A stretch of DNA of 64,000 nt from Rhodospirillales bacterium. GTDB taxonomy: Bacteria; Pseudomonadota; Alphaproteobacteria; BOG-932; Roseiterribacteraceae. This document shows positions 46,839 to 56,506 of the stretch, one piece after another. Under the pieces are notes generated by a model. That model worked only from the letters and a program-made list of their open reading frames with translations, was not told the DNA's origin and did not search any database. The first letter of the stretch is position 1. Every line of letters starts with the position of its first letter. Made by a program: the position numbers and the translations under genes. The stretch covers positions 16,577 through 80,576 of the forward strand of contig JAQGIF010000270.1 of assembly GCA_028291345.1 (NCBI GenBank), given 5' to 3'.

Positions 46839-47779
46839 GTCGTCTTCGGGCCGACCTGCTGCTGCTGCTGGCCGCGCTGATCTGGGGGACGGCTTTCGTC
46901 GCCCAAAAGGCGGGGCTAGGCGGCCTCGGGCCCCTCACTTTCATCGGCGGGCGCTTTGCCATGTCGGCTTTGCTGCTGGCGCCATTGGTTCTTCGCGAAG
47001 CGGCTAGCGCCGCGAGGCTGAGGCGGCGGGATTGGCTGCTAGCGGCCGCCATCAGTGCGGTCATGTGCGCCGGCGCGTCGATCCAGCAGTTTGGGCTTAT
47101 AACCACGACTGTGACGAATGCGGGGTTCATTACCACGCTTTATATTGGCTTTGTCCCCTTTGTGGCCTGGGCGATCCTGCGTACGCGGATCCGGCCGATG
47201 GTACTGGTCGCGGTGGTTCTATCGCTGCTGGGTGCCTGGATGTTGGCAAGGCATGGGCAAGCGGCCGACGGACAGGCGGCGCCTTTGGCGCTGGGCGATT
47301 TACTGATCCTCGTTTCCGCCCTGATGTATGCGCTGCATATCGTGCTGGTTTCGCTGTTTCTGAGAGCGGTACATCGGCCGTTCTTCTTGGCTTTCGCGCA
47401 ATATGGGATCACCGCGCTGATCGCCGGATCGATCAGCGTGGCAACCGAGCCCGCAAGCTGGACCACCGTCGGCGCGGCGCTGCCGGCGATGCTCTATACC
47501 GGTCTATTGTCGGGCGGCATCGGCTATACGCTGCAGATCGTCGCCCAGCGCTATACCCCGGCGACCGAGGCCGCCCTGATCATGTCACTGGAAAGTGTTT
47601 TCGCCGCCGTCGCCGGAGCCTTGTTGCTGGGCGAGCGGCTGACCCTGCCGGCGGCGCTGGGATGCGGCCTGATCTTGTCCGGCGTGGTGATGATCGAGGT
47701 CATTCCCGCGCTCTCGCGCCGGCGGGCAAGCACGATGGATAGTCCCGACCCGCCGATAGGCACCGTTCCACTCGACTGA
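46835..47779 (+). CDS. DMT superfamily (EamA-type) transporter
   Basis: 314 aa, ~10 TM helices. N-terminus LLLLLAALIWGTAFVAQK. The TTG start overlaps the permease stop. Confidence 0.88.
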   Translation: MSRLRADLLLLLAALIWGTAFVAQKAGLGGLGPLTFIGGRFAMSALLLAPLVLREAASAARLRRRDWLLAAAISAVMCAGASIQQFGLITTTVTNAGFITTLYIGFVPFVAWAILRTRIRPMVLVAVVLSLLGAWMLARHGQAADGQAAPLALGDLLILVSALMYALHIVLVSLFLRAVHRPFFLAFAQYGITALIAGSISVATEPASWTTVGAALPAMLYTGLLSGGIGYTLQIVAQRYTPATEAALIMSLESVFAAVAGALLLGERLTLPAALGCGLILSGVVMIEVIPALSRRRASTMDSPDPPIGTVPLD

Positions 47780-47790
47780 AGGTATCCAGC

Positions 47791-49200
47791 ATGATTTCGA
47801 AGCGTTCGATGTTCCTGTCCGGCGCCATGGCGGCTCTCCTAGTATCGGCGGGGCCGGGCGCCGGAGCCACCGAGGACTGGCACGCCTTCGGACGCGACGT
47901 GCTGAAGCAACTGATCGAGATCAATTCGGAACATGCCATCGGATCGACCGAGGTAACGCATGCCATCGCCGACCGGCTCACCGCGGCGGGCTTCGCCAGG
48001 GACGATATCAAGCTGTTGGGGCCGCCCGATCATCCGACCAAGGGCAATCTGGTGGTCCGGCTGAAGGGCACCGGGAAGTTGAAGCCGGTTCTTTATATAG
48101 GCCATCTGGATGTCGTGGAGGCGGAACGGACGGACTGGAGCTATGACCCCTTCAAGCTGACCGAGAAAGACGGCTGGCTGTATGGGCGCGGCACCATCGA
48201 CATGAAAGGGCAGGATGCGTCGACGCTTACCGCGCTGATCCGGCTGAAGAAAGAGGGCTATATCCCCGACCGCGACATCATTGTCGCCTTCACCGCGGAC
48301 GAGGAGGCGGGGGGCGACGCCAATGGGGTCGACTGGCTGCTCAAGAATCACCGCGACCTAGTCGATGCCGAATTCGTCATCAACCCGGATTCCGGAGAGG
48401 GCCGCTATAAGAACGGGCACAAGCTGTATCTCGGCATCCAGACCAGCGAGAAGGAATATATGACCTTCGGCTGGGCGGCGACGGACAAGGGCGGCCACAG
48501 CTCCCGTCCCGGGCCGGCGAATCCGATCTACCATGTCGCCGGCGCGGTGGCGCGACTGGCGCAATACCGATTCCCGCTGCATCTGACCGACACGACCAGG
48601 GAGTATTTCTCCAAACGCGCTGAGCTTGAGTCGGGCCAAGTGAAGGCGGACATGCTGTCGGTGGGGGGGGCGTCACCCGATCCCACGGCGGTCGAGCGCC
48701 TTTCGGCGGTCGTCGAGACTAACATCTTACTGCGCTCCACCTGCGTGGCGACGCAGTTCGATGGCGGGCGCAGCGAGAGTGCCCTGCCGGAGCTGGCCAA
48801 GGCGGTGATCCAATGCCGGACCGTTCCGGGCGAAACGCAGGCGTGGATAGAAAAGATCCTGAACGATATCGCCGCCGATCCGGCAGTGAAACTCAGTGTG
48901 ATCTATCCGCCCGACATCAGCCCGGAATCGCCGGTCGACCTCCGGATCATGGGCGAGGCCGAAAAACTGGCCAGGGATATGTGGCCCGGTGTGGCCGTCA
49001 TCCCCTTCATGTCGGCCGGCGCGTCCGACAGCGCCTTCAGCCGCGCCGGCGGATTGCCGAGCTATGGCGTCGACGGCACGTTCCAGGACCTTGACGACGA
49101 TCGTGCCCATGGCAAAGACGAGCGCGTCGGCGTCGAGGCCTTCAACCAGGAGCTGGATTTCAGCTACCGGCTGATGAAGGATCTGGGCCGGATGAAATAG
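47791..49200 (+). CDS. Secreted M20 family metallopeptidase (carboxypeptidase/dipeptidase-like)
   Basis: 469 aa with a signal peptide. Metal-binding motifs GHLDVV and FTADEEAGG, plus a dimerisation-domain insert. Confidence 0.88.
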   Translation: MISKRSMFLSGAMAALLVSAGPGAGATEDWHAFGRDVLKQLIEINSEHAIGSTEVTHAIADRLTAAGFARDDIKLLGPPDHPTKGNLVVRLKGTGKLKPVLYIGHLDVVEAERTDWSYDPFKLTEKDGWLYGRGTIDMKGQDASTLTALIRLKKEGYIPDRDIIVAFTADEEAGGDANGVDWLLKNHRDLVDAEFVINPDSGEGRYKNGHKLYLGIQTSEKEYMTFGWAATDKGGHSSRPGPANPIYHVAGAVARLAQYRFPLHLTDTTREYFSKRAELESGQVKADMLSVGGASPDPTAVERLSAVVETNILLRSTCVATQFDGGRSESALPELAKAVIQCRTVPGETQAWIEKILNDIAADPAVKLSVIYPPDISPESPVDLRIMGEAEKLARDMWPGVAVIPFMSAGASDSAFSRAGGLPSYGVDGTFQDLDDDRAHGKDERVGVEAFNQELDFSYRLMKDLGRMK

Positions 49201-49219
49201 GCGGCCTGAACGGCGAAGT

Positions 49220-49247
49220 GGGCCCGCCACCGATGGCGCGCCCTTTT
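49220..49247 (+). terminator. Rho-independent terminator after the M20 peptidase gene
   Basis: GGGCCCGCC (49220-49228) pairs with GGCGCGCCC (49235-49243) at 8 of 9 positions, with a 6-nt loop, followed by TTTT. Confidence 0.6.
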
Positions 49248-49248
49248 C

Positions 49249-51660
49249 CTAGAACTTCTGTCCGAACTTGAAGCCGATCGTGAGCGGCTGGATCGGCACA
49301 GCATAGACCACGCCGGAATGATTGTTGGTCTGTGTGGCGCAGACATTCGCCGGACATTCGGCATAGCGGTAAATTTGCCCGCGCTCGTCGAACGCGTTCT
49401 TGAGGAAGACCGAGGCCGAGAAGCTGTCGTTCGAAACGCCGGCCGATAGATCGACCGATGCATAAGCCGGTATCGGGCCCAGATCCGCCCGTTCGAGCGA
49501 ACGAAGATCCGAGGTTCGGCGGCCGACATACACGACCGATCCCTGGAGGAAGGCATCGAGGCCATCGTTGAGCGTCCACTCATAGCGCGCCGTCGCATTG
49601 GCCTTGACCGGCGGCGTGACCGGAAGGGACTGGCCCGACGGCGCCTGGGGATTGGCGCAGGTCGTGATTGGGTTGTTGGCCGCGTCGGTCGTGCCGCAAT
49701 AATTCGCCGACAGCGCCGCATCGATGATGCTGATGGCGCCCGAAACCAACCAATGGGAATCGATCGCCCAGCTGGCATCGGATTCGAAGCCCTTGATCTC
49801 GGCCGAGCCGGCGTTCGCGATCTCGGTCAGGCTGTTCGGACCCAGGAAGGCGAACTGGAACTGGTCCCAATTTTCATAGAAGAAGGCGCCATTCCAGCGA
49901 ACCTGCTTGTCGTCCCAGGTCGTCTTCCAGCCGATTTCATAGTTGTACAGCGTGTCGGATGCATAGGGCCCTAAATTGCCGTTGCGGTTGACGCCGCCCG
50001 GACGGTAGCCGTCGGACGCGGTAAAATAGATCATCCGATCGTCGTCGAACTTGTATGAGATATTCGCCTTATAGGTCTCGCTGACCTCTTCGCCGACCTT
50101 GTTCAGGTTGGGGCAGAGCGCGTCCTTGAAAGGCGCGGCGCCGGGGATGCATCGCGCCTCACCGGTGCGCGAGCTGAAGCCTGAACCGAATCCATAGAAG
50201 CCGTAGAGGGAGTTGCGGGCATCGAACACGCGGACGCCGCCCGTCACGCTAAGCTGGTCGGTGAGTTCGTATGTCGCCTCGCCGAACGCGGCGGCATCAC
50301 GGTCGGTCCGGACTTCCTCGGTCAGCCAGATCGTACCGGGAAGGGTGCTGACCGAAAGCGCCGGATCGAATCCCGGGATGATATATTGCTGCCGGATATT
50401 ATGGGTCTGGTGTTCGTAGAACAGGCCGGCGGTGAAGTGAAATCGATCTGTGCCGGGCGATGAAACGCGCAGCTCGTGGCTCTGCTTCGTGAACTTGTCG
50501 GTGCCGATGATGTGCTGCGACGGATCAATGATATTGCCCGCTGCATTGGTGATATAGGCGCCTGAGCCGAACAGCGTGTCGTAGAAGAAGGAATATTCGG
50601 TGTAGTCGGTCTGGCTGTCCAGCCAGCGGTTGAAATAACCGCCGGCATAGGTGACGTCGAGATCGTAGATCTTGCCCTGGATCGTCAGCCCGGCCTGGTA
50701 AAAGCGGTCGTGGTTGTTTTCGGGCTGGAAGTGGGTCACCTGAAGGTCCGGCAGCTTGTTGCTGAAGCCGAAGACGCCGTTGCTGCGCTGGTCCTGGCCG
50801 ATGGCGCTGGGCGTGATCGTCCAGTCGTCATCCAATTCGATCTTGATCGCGCCGCGACCACCGAAGGTCTGCACGTCGTTATAGTTGTTCTTTGCACGCG
50901 CGGCATTGTCGATCGTGATGCCCGAAACCGGGAAGGTCAGTTGGCCATGTACATTGTCGATATAGCCGGCATCGCCCTCCTGCCATCCGACCAAACGAAC
51001 GGCGATCGTATCGGTGATCGGGATATTGACGAAGCCCTCGGCCACCGTTCCCGTACCGCCATGATCAACCTGATTCACCTGGAGATCATAGCCGGCATGA
51101 AATGCACTGGGATCGGGGGCGTTGGAGATGATCCTGAGTGTGCCCGACTGTGAGCTGGCGCCGTAAAGCGTGGATTGTGGACCTGCGAGCGCCTCGACGC
51201 GGGCGATGTCGTAAAGATGGACGTCGATCGCGCCCTGGATCGTGGTGACCGGCAGTTCGTCGAGATAGACGCCGACGCTGGGCAACGGACCGGAATGATT
51301 GCCGTCATTGCCGCTGGCGACACCACGGAAATAAATCTCGGTCTGGCTGGGCGCGATCGTCTGATAGGTCACACTGGGCAGGAACTTCACGTAATCATTG
51401 AATTCCGTGACGTTGAACTGTTCGAGCTTCTTGCCGCTGAAGGCCTGGATGCTGACCGGGACGTCCTGAAGATTTTCCGATCGTTTTTGTGCGGTGACCA
51501 CGATCTCTTCGAGGCCGTTGTTGCTGGCAGCGGGCTGGTCTTGCGCGAGAGCCGCGGGCGCAAGGGCCAGAGGCGCTGCCGCCAGCACGGTCGACGCCAG
51601 CAGCCCTATCCTGACGGTTCGGCCATAGAGCGCCGCGGAGCGAAATTTCATTTCTGACAT
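49249..51660 (-). CDS. TonB-dependent outer-membrane receptor
   Basis: Signal peptide ending ALAQD, plug domain (IVVTAQKR, TonB-box-like region) and a C-terminal beta-barrel ending in ...GFKFGQKF (terminal Phe). The start is one of 51669 (TTG), 51666, 51660 or 51651. Confidence 0.93.
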   Translation of the reverse strand: MSEMKFRSAALYGRTVRIGLLASTVLAAAPLALAPAALAQDQPAASNNGLEEIVVTAQKRSENLQDVPVSIQAFSGKKLEQFNVTEFNDYVKFLPSVTYQTIAPSQTEIYFRGVASGNDGNHSGPLPSVGVYLDELPVTTIQGAIDVHLYDIARVEALAGPQSTLYGASSQSGTLRIISNAPDPSAFHAGYDLQVNQVDHGGTGTVAEGFVNIPITDTIAVRLVGWQEGDAGYIDNVHGQLTFPVSGITIDNAARAKNNYNDVQTFGGRGAIKIELDDDWTITPSAIGQDQRSNGVFGFSNKLPDLQVTHFQPENNHDRFYQAGLTIQGKIYDLDVTYAGGYFNRWLDSQTDYTEYSFFYDTLFGSGAYITNAAGNIIDPSQHIIGTDKFTKQSHELRVSSPGTDRFHFTAGLFYEHQTHNIRQQYIIPGFDPALSVSTLPGTIWLTEEVRTDRDAAAFGEATYELTDQLSVTGGVRVFDARNSLYGFYGFGSGFSSRTGEARCIPGAAPFKDALCPNLNKVGEEVSETYKANISYKFDDDRMIYFTASDGYRPGGVNRNGNLGPYASDTLYNYEIGWKTTWDDKQVRWNGAFFYENWDQFQFAFLGPNSLTEIANAGSAEIKGFESDASWAIDSHWLVSGAISIIDAALSANYCGTTDAANNPITTCANPQAPSGQSLPVTPPVKANATARYEWTLNDGLDAFLQGSVVYVGRRTSDLRSLERADLGPIPAYASVDLSAGVSNDSFSASVFLKNAFDERGQIYRYAECPANVCATQTNNHSGVVYAVPIQPLTIGFKFGQKF

Positions 51661-51741
51661 CTGCATCAACCTTCTGTTGGTCCTTGAGCTTTAGTTCCCC
51701 ACTTGGCCTTATTGTCTTTCAACCCGCGTGATCGCGGTCGA

Positions 51742-53760
51742 TCACACAAAGCCCTCCACCACCGCCTTCAGCGGGCCGAGCCAGGGTTCGTAACGCCGCC
51801 AATGATCGATGCCGTCGCGGAAGATCGGCTTGCGCACCTGCTCGGAACTGGCGGTTCTGACGGCGCGATCGTTTTCGTGGAAGCGCAGGCAAACCGTCTC
51901 GAATGGCAGGCCGCAATGTTCGAGCAGCTTCCTGATCTCGGTCTCGGTGTCGTCGACCATCATCTCGTAGATGACGCGGTGGATTCTGCCCGGCAAAACC
52001 GCATCGAAATGCGCCATCAGCCGCACATAGTCGCGGTAGTAGAGGCCGATATCGCCGAGGTCATAGGAAAAGGCCTGGCCGCGTGCGAAATTCTGCTTGA
52101 ACACAGACATCGCCGATCCCAGCGGATGACGCCGCGCGTCGATGATTTTCGCATTCGGTAGGATCAACTGGATCATGCCGATATGGAGGAAGTTGTGCGG
52201 CATCTTGTCTATGAAGAAGGGCCGATCCGTTTTCCGCTGCACGCGAGTGCGGGCGATATAGTCCTCGCCCAGCTCCCGCAGCCGCGCATCGTCGAACGTG
52301 CCGAGGATTTCCGGGTAGGCCGAGGCGTCCGTCTTCTTGCGCCGCCCCCCCAGCACCCGCGCCATCGCGCTGATCTCGGGCAGCTCCATCGTGCCTTCGA
52401 CCTGGGAATGGCTGGATAGGATCTGCTCGATCAGGGTCGAACCCGACCGCGGCAGTCCGACGATGAAGATCGGATCGGCGGCTTGGCAGCCCGATCCCGA
52501 TCTCTGCGCAAATAATTCCTTGGTGAAGACCGGCTCGGAGCGCTGCATCTGCGCGGTCATTTCGCGCCCGTCGTAATCGACCTGGCCGCGGCGGATGCGG
52601 TTCCCGTTGGCGTAGTGCTCGAAGGATTCGGCATAGGCCGCCTCGTCTTCCAGCGCCTTGCCCAGCGCGAATTCGAAATGCAGCCGGTCGTCGTCCCTGA
52701 TATCGGTCCGGGCCAATTGATGCCGCATTGCCGTGATCTCGGCTTCGGTGAAGCGGAAGGTCTTGAGGTTCGCAAGGCTGAAATAGGCTTCACCGAAACT
52801 GGGGAGGAGTTCGATGCTGCGCCGATAGGCGGCGATGCTGTCCTGTTGCCGCCCGGTGGTTTTGAGCGCGTGGCCGTAGCTCATCCAGGCCTTGGGCTGG
52901 GCCGGATAGTCCTTGAGCACGCCGGCATAGAGCGCGATCGCCTGGTCGTACTCGCCGATCTGGCTCAGCGCCGCGGCCTTAAGGTTGCGGTAGTTCGGAT
53001 CGCCGGGGTTTGTCTCCAGGAGCATGTCGATTTGCGGCACGGCTTCGGCGGGCTTGCCAAGGCGGTAGAGCACGACCGCATAATTATGCCGCGCTGCGGT
53101 AAAGCCGGGAGCCAATTCGAGGCAGGTTGCGAGCAGCGACTCCGCATCGGCATAGCGGGCGATCCGGGTCGCCACCTCGGCAAGCATCCGGATCGCGGCG
53201 ACATCGGTCGGATGCCGCTTGATAAAATCTTTGAGCAGCCGTTCGGCGACCGCTAGCCGGTTTTCGACGAGCGCGCTCGCCGCCTCGATGAGATGGGGAT
53301 TGGTGACCGAAGTCTTGATCTGTTGTGCGTAATAGCCGTCGGCCGCCTGGGAATCGCCCGTTAAGGTGGACAGGTCGCCGAGCGCCCGCCAGGCGTCGCT
53401 CATCTGCGGCTTGATCTGGGTGGACCGGGTCAACGCGGCGTGCGCGTCGCTTGTCCTACCGACAGAAGCGAGCGCCAGCCCACGCTGGTAATGGGCTTCG
53501 GCCCAAAACGGGTGGGCGGCGGTGACCTTATCGAAGATTGCGCATGCAGCCTGCGGATCGCCGTTGAAACGCTTGGCAATTCCGACAATCAGGAGTGCGT
53601 CGGGATGGTCCGGAACGGCATGGAGAATCTCAAATGCCTGGCGTTCAGCGAGGGCGGGCTTAGTCTCAAGGAGCCGAAGCGCATGGCTGAGAGCCGTCGT
53701 TAGACTGCCCGCCGGTTCCGCCTCGTTTCCAATTTTAGACTTTGCCTCGGCAACTGCCAA
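51742..53760 (-). CDS. TPR-repeat protein fused to a PAPS-dependent sulfotransferase domain
   Basis: 672 aa. The N-terminal ~400 aa are TPR repeats. The C-terminal domain has the 5'-PSB loop GLPRSGSTL and a downstream RHP..S region typical of sulfotransferases. The TTG start is preceded by AGAGGA. Confidence 0.85.
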   Translation of the reverse strand: MAVAEAKSKIGNEAEPAGSLTTALSHALRLLETKPALAERQAFEILHAVPDHPDALLIVGIAKRFNGDPQAACAIFDKVTAAHPFWAEAHYQRGLALASVGRTSDAHAALTRSTQIKPQMSDAWRALGDLSTLTGDSQAADGYYAQQIKTSVTNPHLIEAASALVENRLAVAERLLKDFIKRHPTDVAAIRMLAEVATRIARYADAESLLATCLELAPGFTAARHNYAVVLYRLGKPAEAVPQIDMLLETNPGDPNYRNLKAAALSQIGEYDQAIALYAGVLKDYPAQPKAWMSYGHALKTTGRQQDSIAAYRRSIELLPSFGEAYFSLANLKTFRFTEAEITAMRHQLARTDIRDDDRLHFEFALGKALEDEAAYAESFEHYANGNRIRRGQVDYDGREMTAQMQRSEPVFTKELFAQRSGSGCQAADPIFIVGLPRSGSTLIEQILSSHSQVEGTMELPEISAMARVLGGRRKKTDASAYPEILGTFDDARLRELGEDYIARTRVQRKTDRPFFIDKMPHNFLHIGMIQLILPNAKIIDARRHPLGSAMSVFKQNFARGQAFSYDLGDIGLYYRDYVRLMAHFDAVLPGRIHRVIYEMMVDDTETEIRKLLEHCGLPFETVCLRFHENDRAVRTASSEQVRKPIFRDGIDHWRRYEPWLGPLKAVVEGFV

Positions 53761-53841
53761 TTAAGTAATCCTCTTGCGCCGCACAAAACTATTTATGGAA
53801 TTGCAGCTTCTGTCAATTCTGCAATGCGTTTTCTGCAAGGC

Positions 53842-55242
53842 TCAGCGCGCAGGGAATCCTTTCTGCGCGATCAGTCGCGCGCTGAGACGCCAAAAGCGAA
53901 AACTGAGTAGCAGGGCGACTGAAGCCAACCCCGAGGCGAGCCCCCACCAGATTCCGATGGCGCCGAGTTCCATGCGGACGCCCAGAATCCAGGCCGTCGT
54001 GAACCCGATTCCCCAATAGCCGAGAGAGGCGGCGATCGCCGGAATTCGCGTATCCTTGAGGCCGCGCAGCGCCCCGGCCGCAATGGTTTGCGCGCCATCA
54101 AAAACCTGGAAGAACGCGGCGATCGTCAGCAGCCGAGACGCCAGCGCGATCACCTCGGCCCGTGTCGTATCGCCGGCGGTAATGTAAACGCCGGCGATCA
54201 GGCCGGGCATGGCGATCAGGATCGCGGCCATCGCCCCCATGAAACCGACGCCGAGCATGAAGGCGGCGAGGGCTGCCGTCCGGGCCGCACGGGGCGATTG
54301 ACGGCCCATATAGAAGCCGACACGCACATTGACCGCCTGGGAGACGGCGAGCGGCACCATGAAGGTCACCGACGCGACGCTCATGCTGATCTGGTGCGCG
54401 GCGAGCGGCGTCGCCCCGAATCGACCGATCAGCAGCGCCGCGAGGCTGAACAGCACGATCTCGACTGCCATGATGAAGGCGATCGGCCAGCCCAGAGTTG
54501 CAAGCTCCCGCAGGATATGCCAATCGATCCGCCCGATCAGGCGGAAGTGGCGCAAAGCCGGGGTCAGCCGCATTTCCAGCCCGATCGCGGCGGTCATCGC
54601 CCAGATGGTGATCAAGGTGGCTGTGCAGGATCCGATATAGCCGAGCTGGGGCAGCCCCCACGCGCCATGGATCAACCCGTAATTCAGCAATCCGTTGATT
54701 ACGACCGCGATCAGCGCCACCGCCATGACCATCCAGGGCCGTCCCATCGCCGCCAGATAACCACGCTGGGTCGCCATGATCAGCGAGGCCGGCATCGCGA
54801 AGAGCAGTACCCTGTCGTAATGGGCGATGGCGCCGGCAAGGACCGGCGGTTCGCCAATCGCTAGCAGCAACGGCTCGGCGTTCCAGAGCAGGAGCATCGG
54901 CGGCAATGCCGAAAGCAGAGCGAGCAGAAAACCGCTACGCAGGATCGGCGCGATCCGCGCCTCGTTTCCGGAGCCGCGCGCATGGGACACCAGGATGCTG
55001 ACGGCGATTAGCCCGCCGGCGACGACGATCATCAACGTGAAGTACAAGTTGGCGCCGAGCCCACCCGCCGCCAGCGCGTCGCGGCCGAGCGACCCCAGCA
55101 GGACCGTGTCGGTCGCACCCATCGCGACCTGCGCCAGCTGCGCCATGGCCAGGGGCGCGGCAAGCCGGAGCGTCGCGCCGACTTCCTGGCCGAAGCGGGG
55201 ATGAGATTGCTCGACAGACATGAAAGACCTGAACTTGGGCAT
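53842..55242 (-). CDS. MATE family efflux transporter
   Basis: 466 aa, 12 TM helices. N-terminal ...EVGATLRLAAPLAMAQLAQVAMGATDTVLLG is typical of NorM/DinF-type MATE proteins. An alternative start lies at 55221. Confidence 0.9.
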   Translation of the reverse strand: MPKFRSFMSVEQSHPRFGQEVGATLRLAAPLAMAQLAQVAMGATDTVLLGSLGRDALAAGGLGANLYFTLMIVVAGGLIAVSILVSHARGSGNEARIAPILRSGFLLALLSALPPMLLLWNAEPLLLAIGEPPVLAGAIAHYDRVLLFAMPASLIMATQRGYLAAMGRPWMVMAVALIAVVINGLLNYGLIHGAWGLPQLGYIGSCTATLITIWAMTAAIGLEMRLTPALRHFRLIGRIDWHILRELATLGWPIAFIMAVEIVLFSLAALLIGRFGATPLAAHQISMSVASVTFMVPLAVSQAVNVRVGFYMGRQSPRAARTAALAAFMLGVGFMGAMAAILIAMPGLIAGVYITAGDTTRAEVIALASRLLTIAAFFQVFDGAQTIAAGALRGLKDTRIPAIAASLGYWGIGFTTAWILGVRMELGAIGIWWGLASGLASVALLLSFRFWRLSARLIAQKGFPAR

Positions 55243-55418
55243 GCCCCGGTGCGTCGACCGGCCCGGGGCACGGGAACATAGTCGGGCACATGTGGAGTGT
55301 CACATGATCAAACCGCAAAGCTGCCCGGCCCATTGAGGCCTTCGCCGCTGGGCGCACCCCTGCTGGACGGGCTGATTGGCGGCTTCTATCTTCCGGGCAC
55401 GAGATTTTGGAGGCGGCG

Positions 55419-56330
55419 ATGGGACGTTTTGTGACACTGGTCGAGGTCGGACCGCGCGACGGGCTGCAGAACGAGCCGACGATTCTTCCGACGGAAGCCA
55501 AAATCGCTTTCATCAACCGCGCGTTGGACGCCGGGTTGAAGCATATCGAGGCGGTCAGCTTCGTGCATCCGAAGAAAGTGCCACAGATGGCGGACGCTGA
55601 GGCGGTGATGGCGGGCGTACCTCGCGACCGCGGTGCCATCTATTGCGGGCTGGTACTGAACCGGCGCGGTTTTGACCGCGCGGTTGCCGCCGGATGCGAC
55701 GAGATTCTCTATGTCACCTCATCGACCGACAGCTTCAGCCTGCGCAACCAGGGCATGCCGGTTGCCGAAGCCATTGCCGGCTGGCACGAGATTTCCCGCG
55801 CCGCGGCAGACATCGGCATGCGGGCGAGCGTGTCGGTCTCGAATGCCTTCGGCTGCCCGTTCGAGGGGCGTGTGCCGGTATCGCGGATCGCCGAGATCGC
55901 CGCCGAACTGGTCAAGTCGCCGGTCGGCGACCTGATCGTTCCAGACACAATCGGGGTGGCGGTGCCGCCGCAAGTGACGGCGATGTGGAACGCGCTCAAG
56001 TCCGTGGTCGGCGAGGTCTCGCTGAGGGCGCATTTTCACAACACCCGCAACACAGCGATCGCGAATGTCTATGCCGCGGTCGAGGCGGGGGCGACGGTGG
56101 TCGACGCCTCGATCGGCGGCATCGGCGGCTGCCCGTTCGCACCCCGCGCGACCGGAAATGTCGCGACCGAGGATGTGTTGTATCTGCTGAGCGAGATGGG
56201 CATCGAAACCGGCGTGTCGCTCGATGGGCTGATCGATACAGCGAAATGGCTGGAACCGCAGGTGGGCCATGCGCTGGCGGGGATGGTGTCTCGCGCGGGC
56301 GGATTTCCAGTGGCGCGAGCGGCGGCATGA
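55419..56330 (+). CDS. Hydroxymethylglutaryl-CoA lyase
   Basis: N-terminus VTLVEVGPRDGLQNE, then HFHNTRNTAIANV and GGCPFAP. The ATG at 55419 is 5 nt after GGAGG. Confidence 0.92.
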   Translation: MGRFVTLVEVGPRDGLQNEPTILPTEAKIAFINRALDAGLKHIEAVSFVHPKKVPQMADAEAVMAGVPRDRGAIYCGLVLNRRGFDRAVAAGCDEILYVTSSTDSFSLRNQGMPVAEAIAGWHEISRAAADIGMRASVSVSNAFGCPFEGRVPVSRIAEIAAELVKSPVGDLIVPDTIGVAVPPQVTAMWNALKSVVGEVSLRAHFHNTRNTAIANVYAAVEAGATVVDASIGGIGGCPFAPRATGNVATEDVLYLLSEMGIETGVSLDGLIDTAKWLEPQVGHALAGMVSRAGGFPVARAAA

Positions 56331-56506
56331 CGCGGTCCGCGACAGGACCCGACTTGCCCAATTTGAGAAATATTATATCTTGATTGCTGCCGCGCATCAT
56401 TTCCCGGATTGCGCGCATTGAGCGGGCTTGTTCGCTGGACCCATATCGTCCCTTTGCTGCCAATGTCCGGTTGCTTCGCTATAGGAGCGCGCCGCGCGGG
56501 CGCCCT

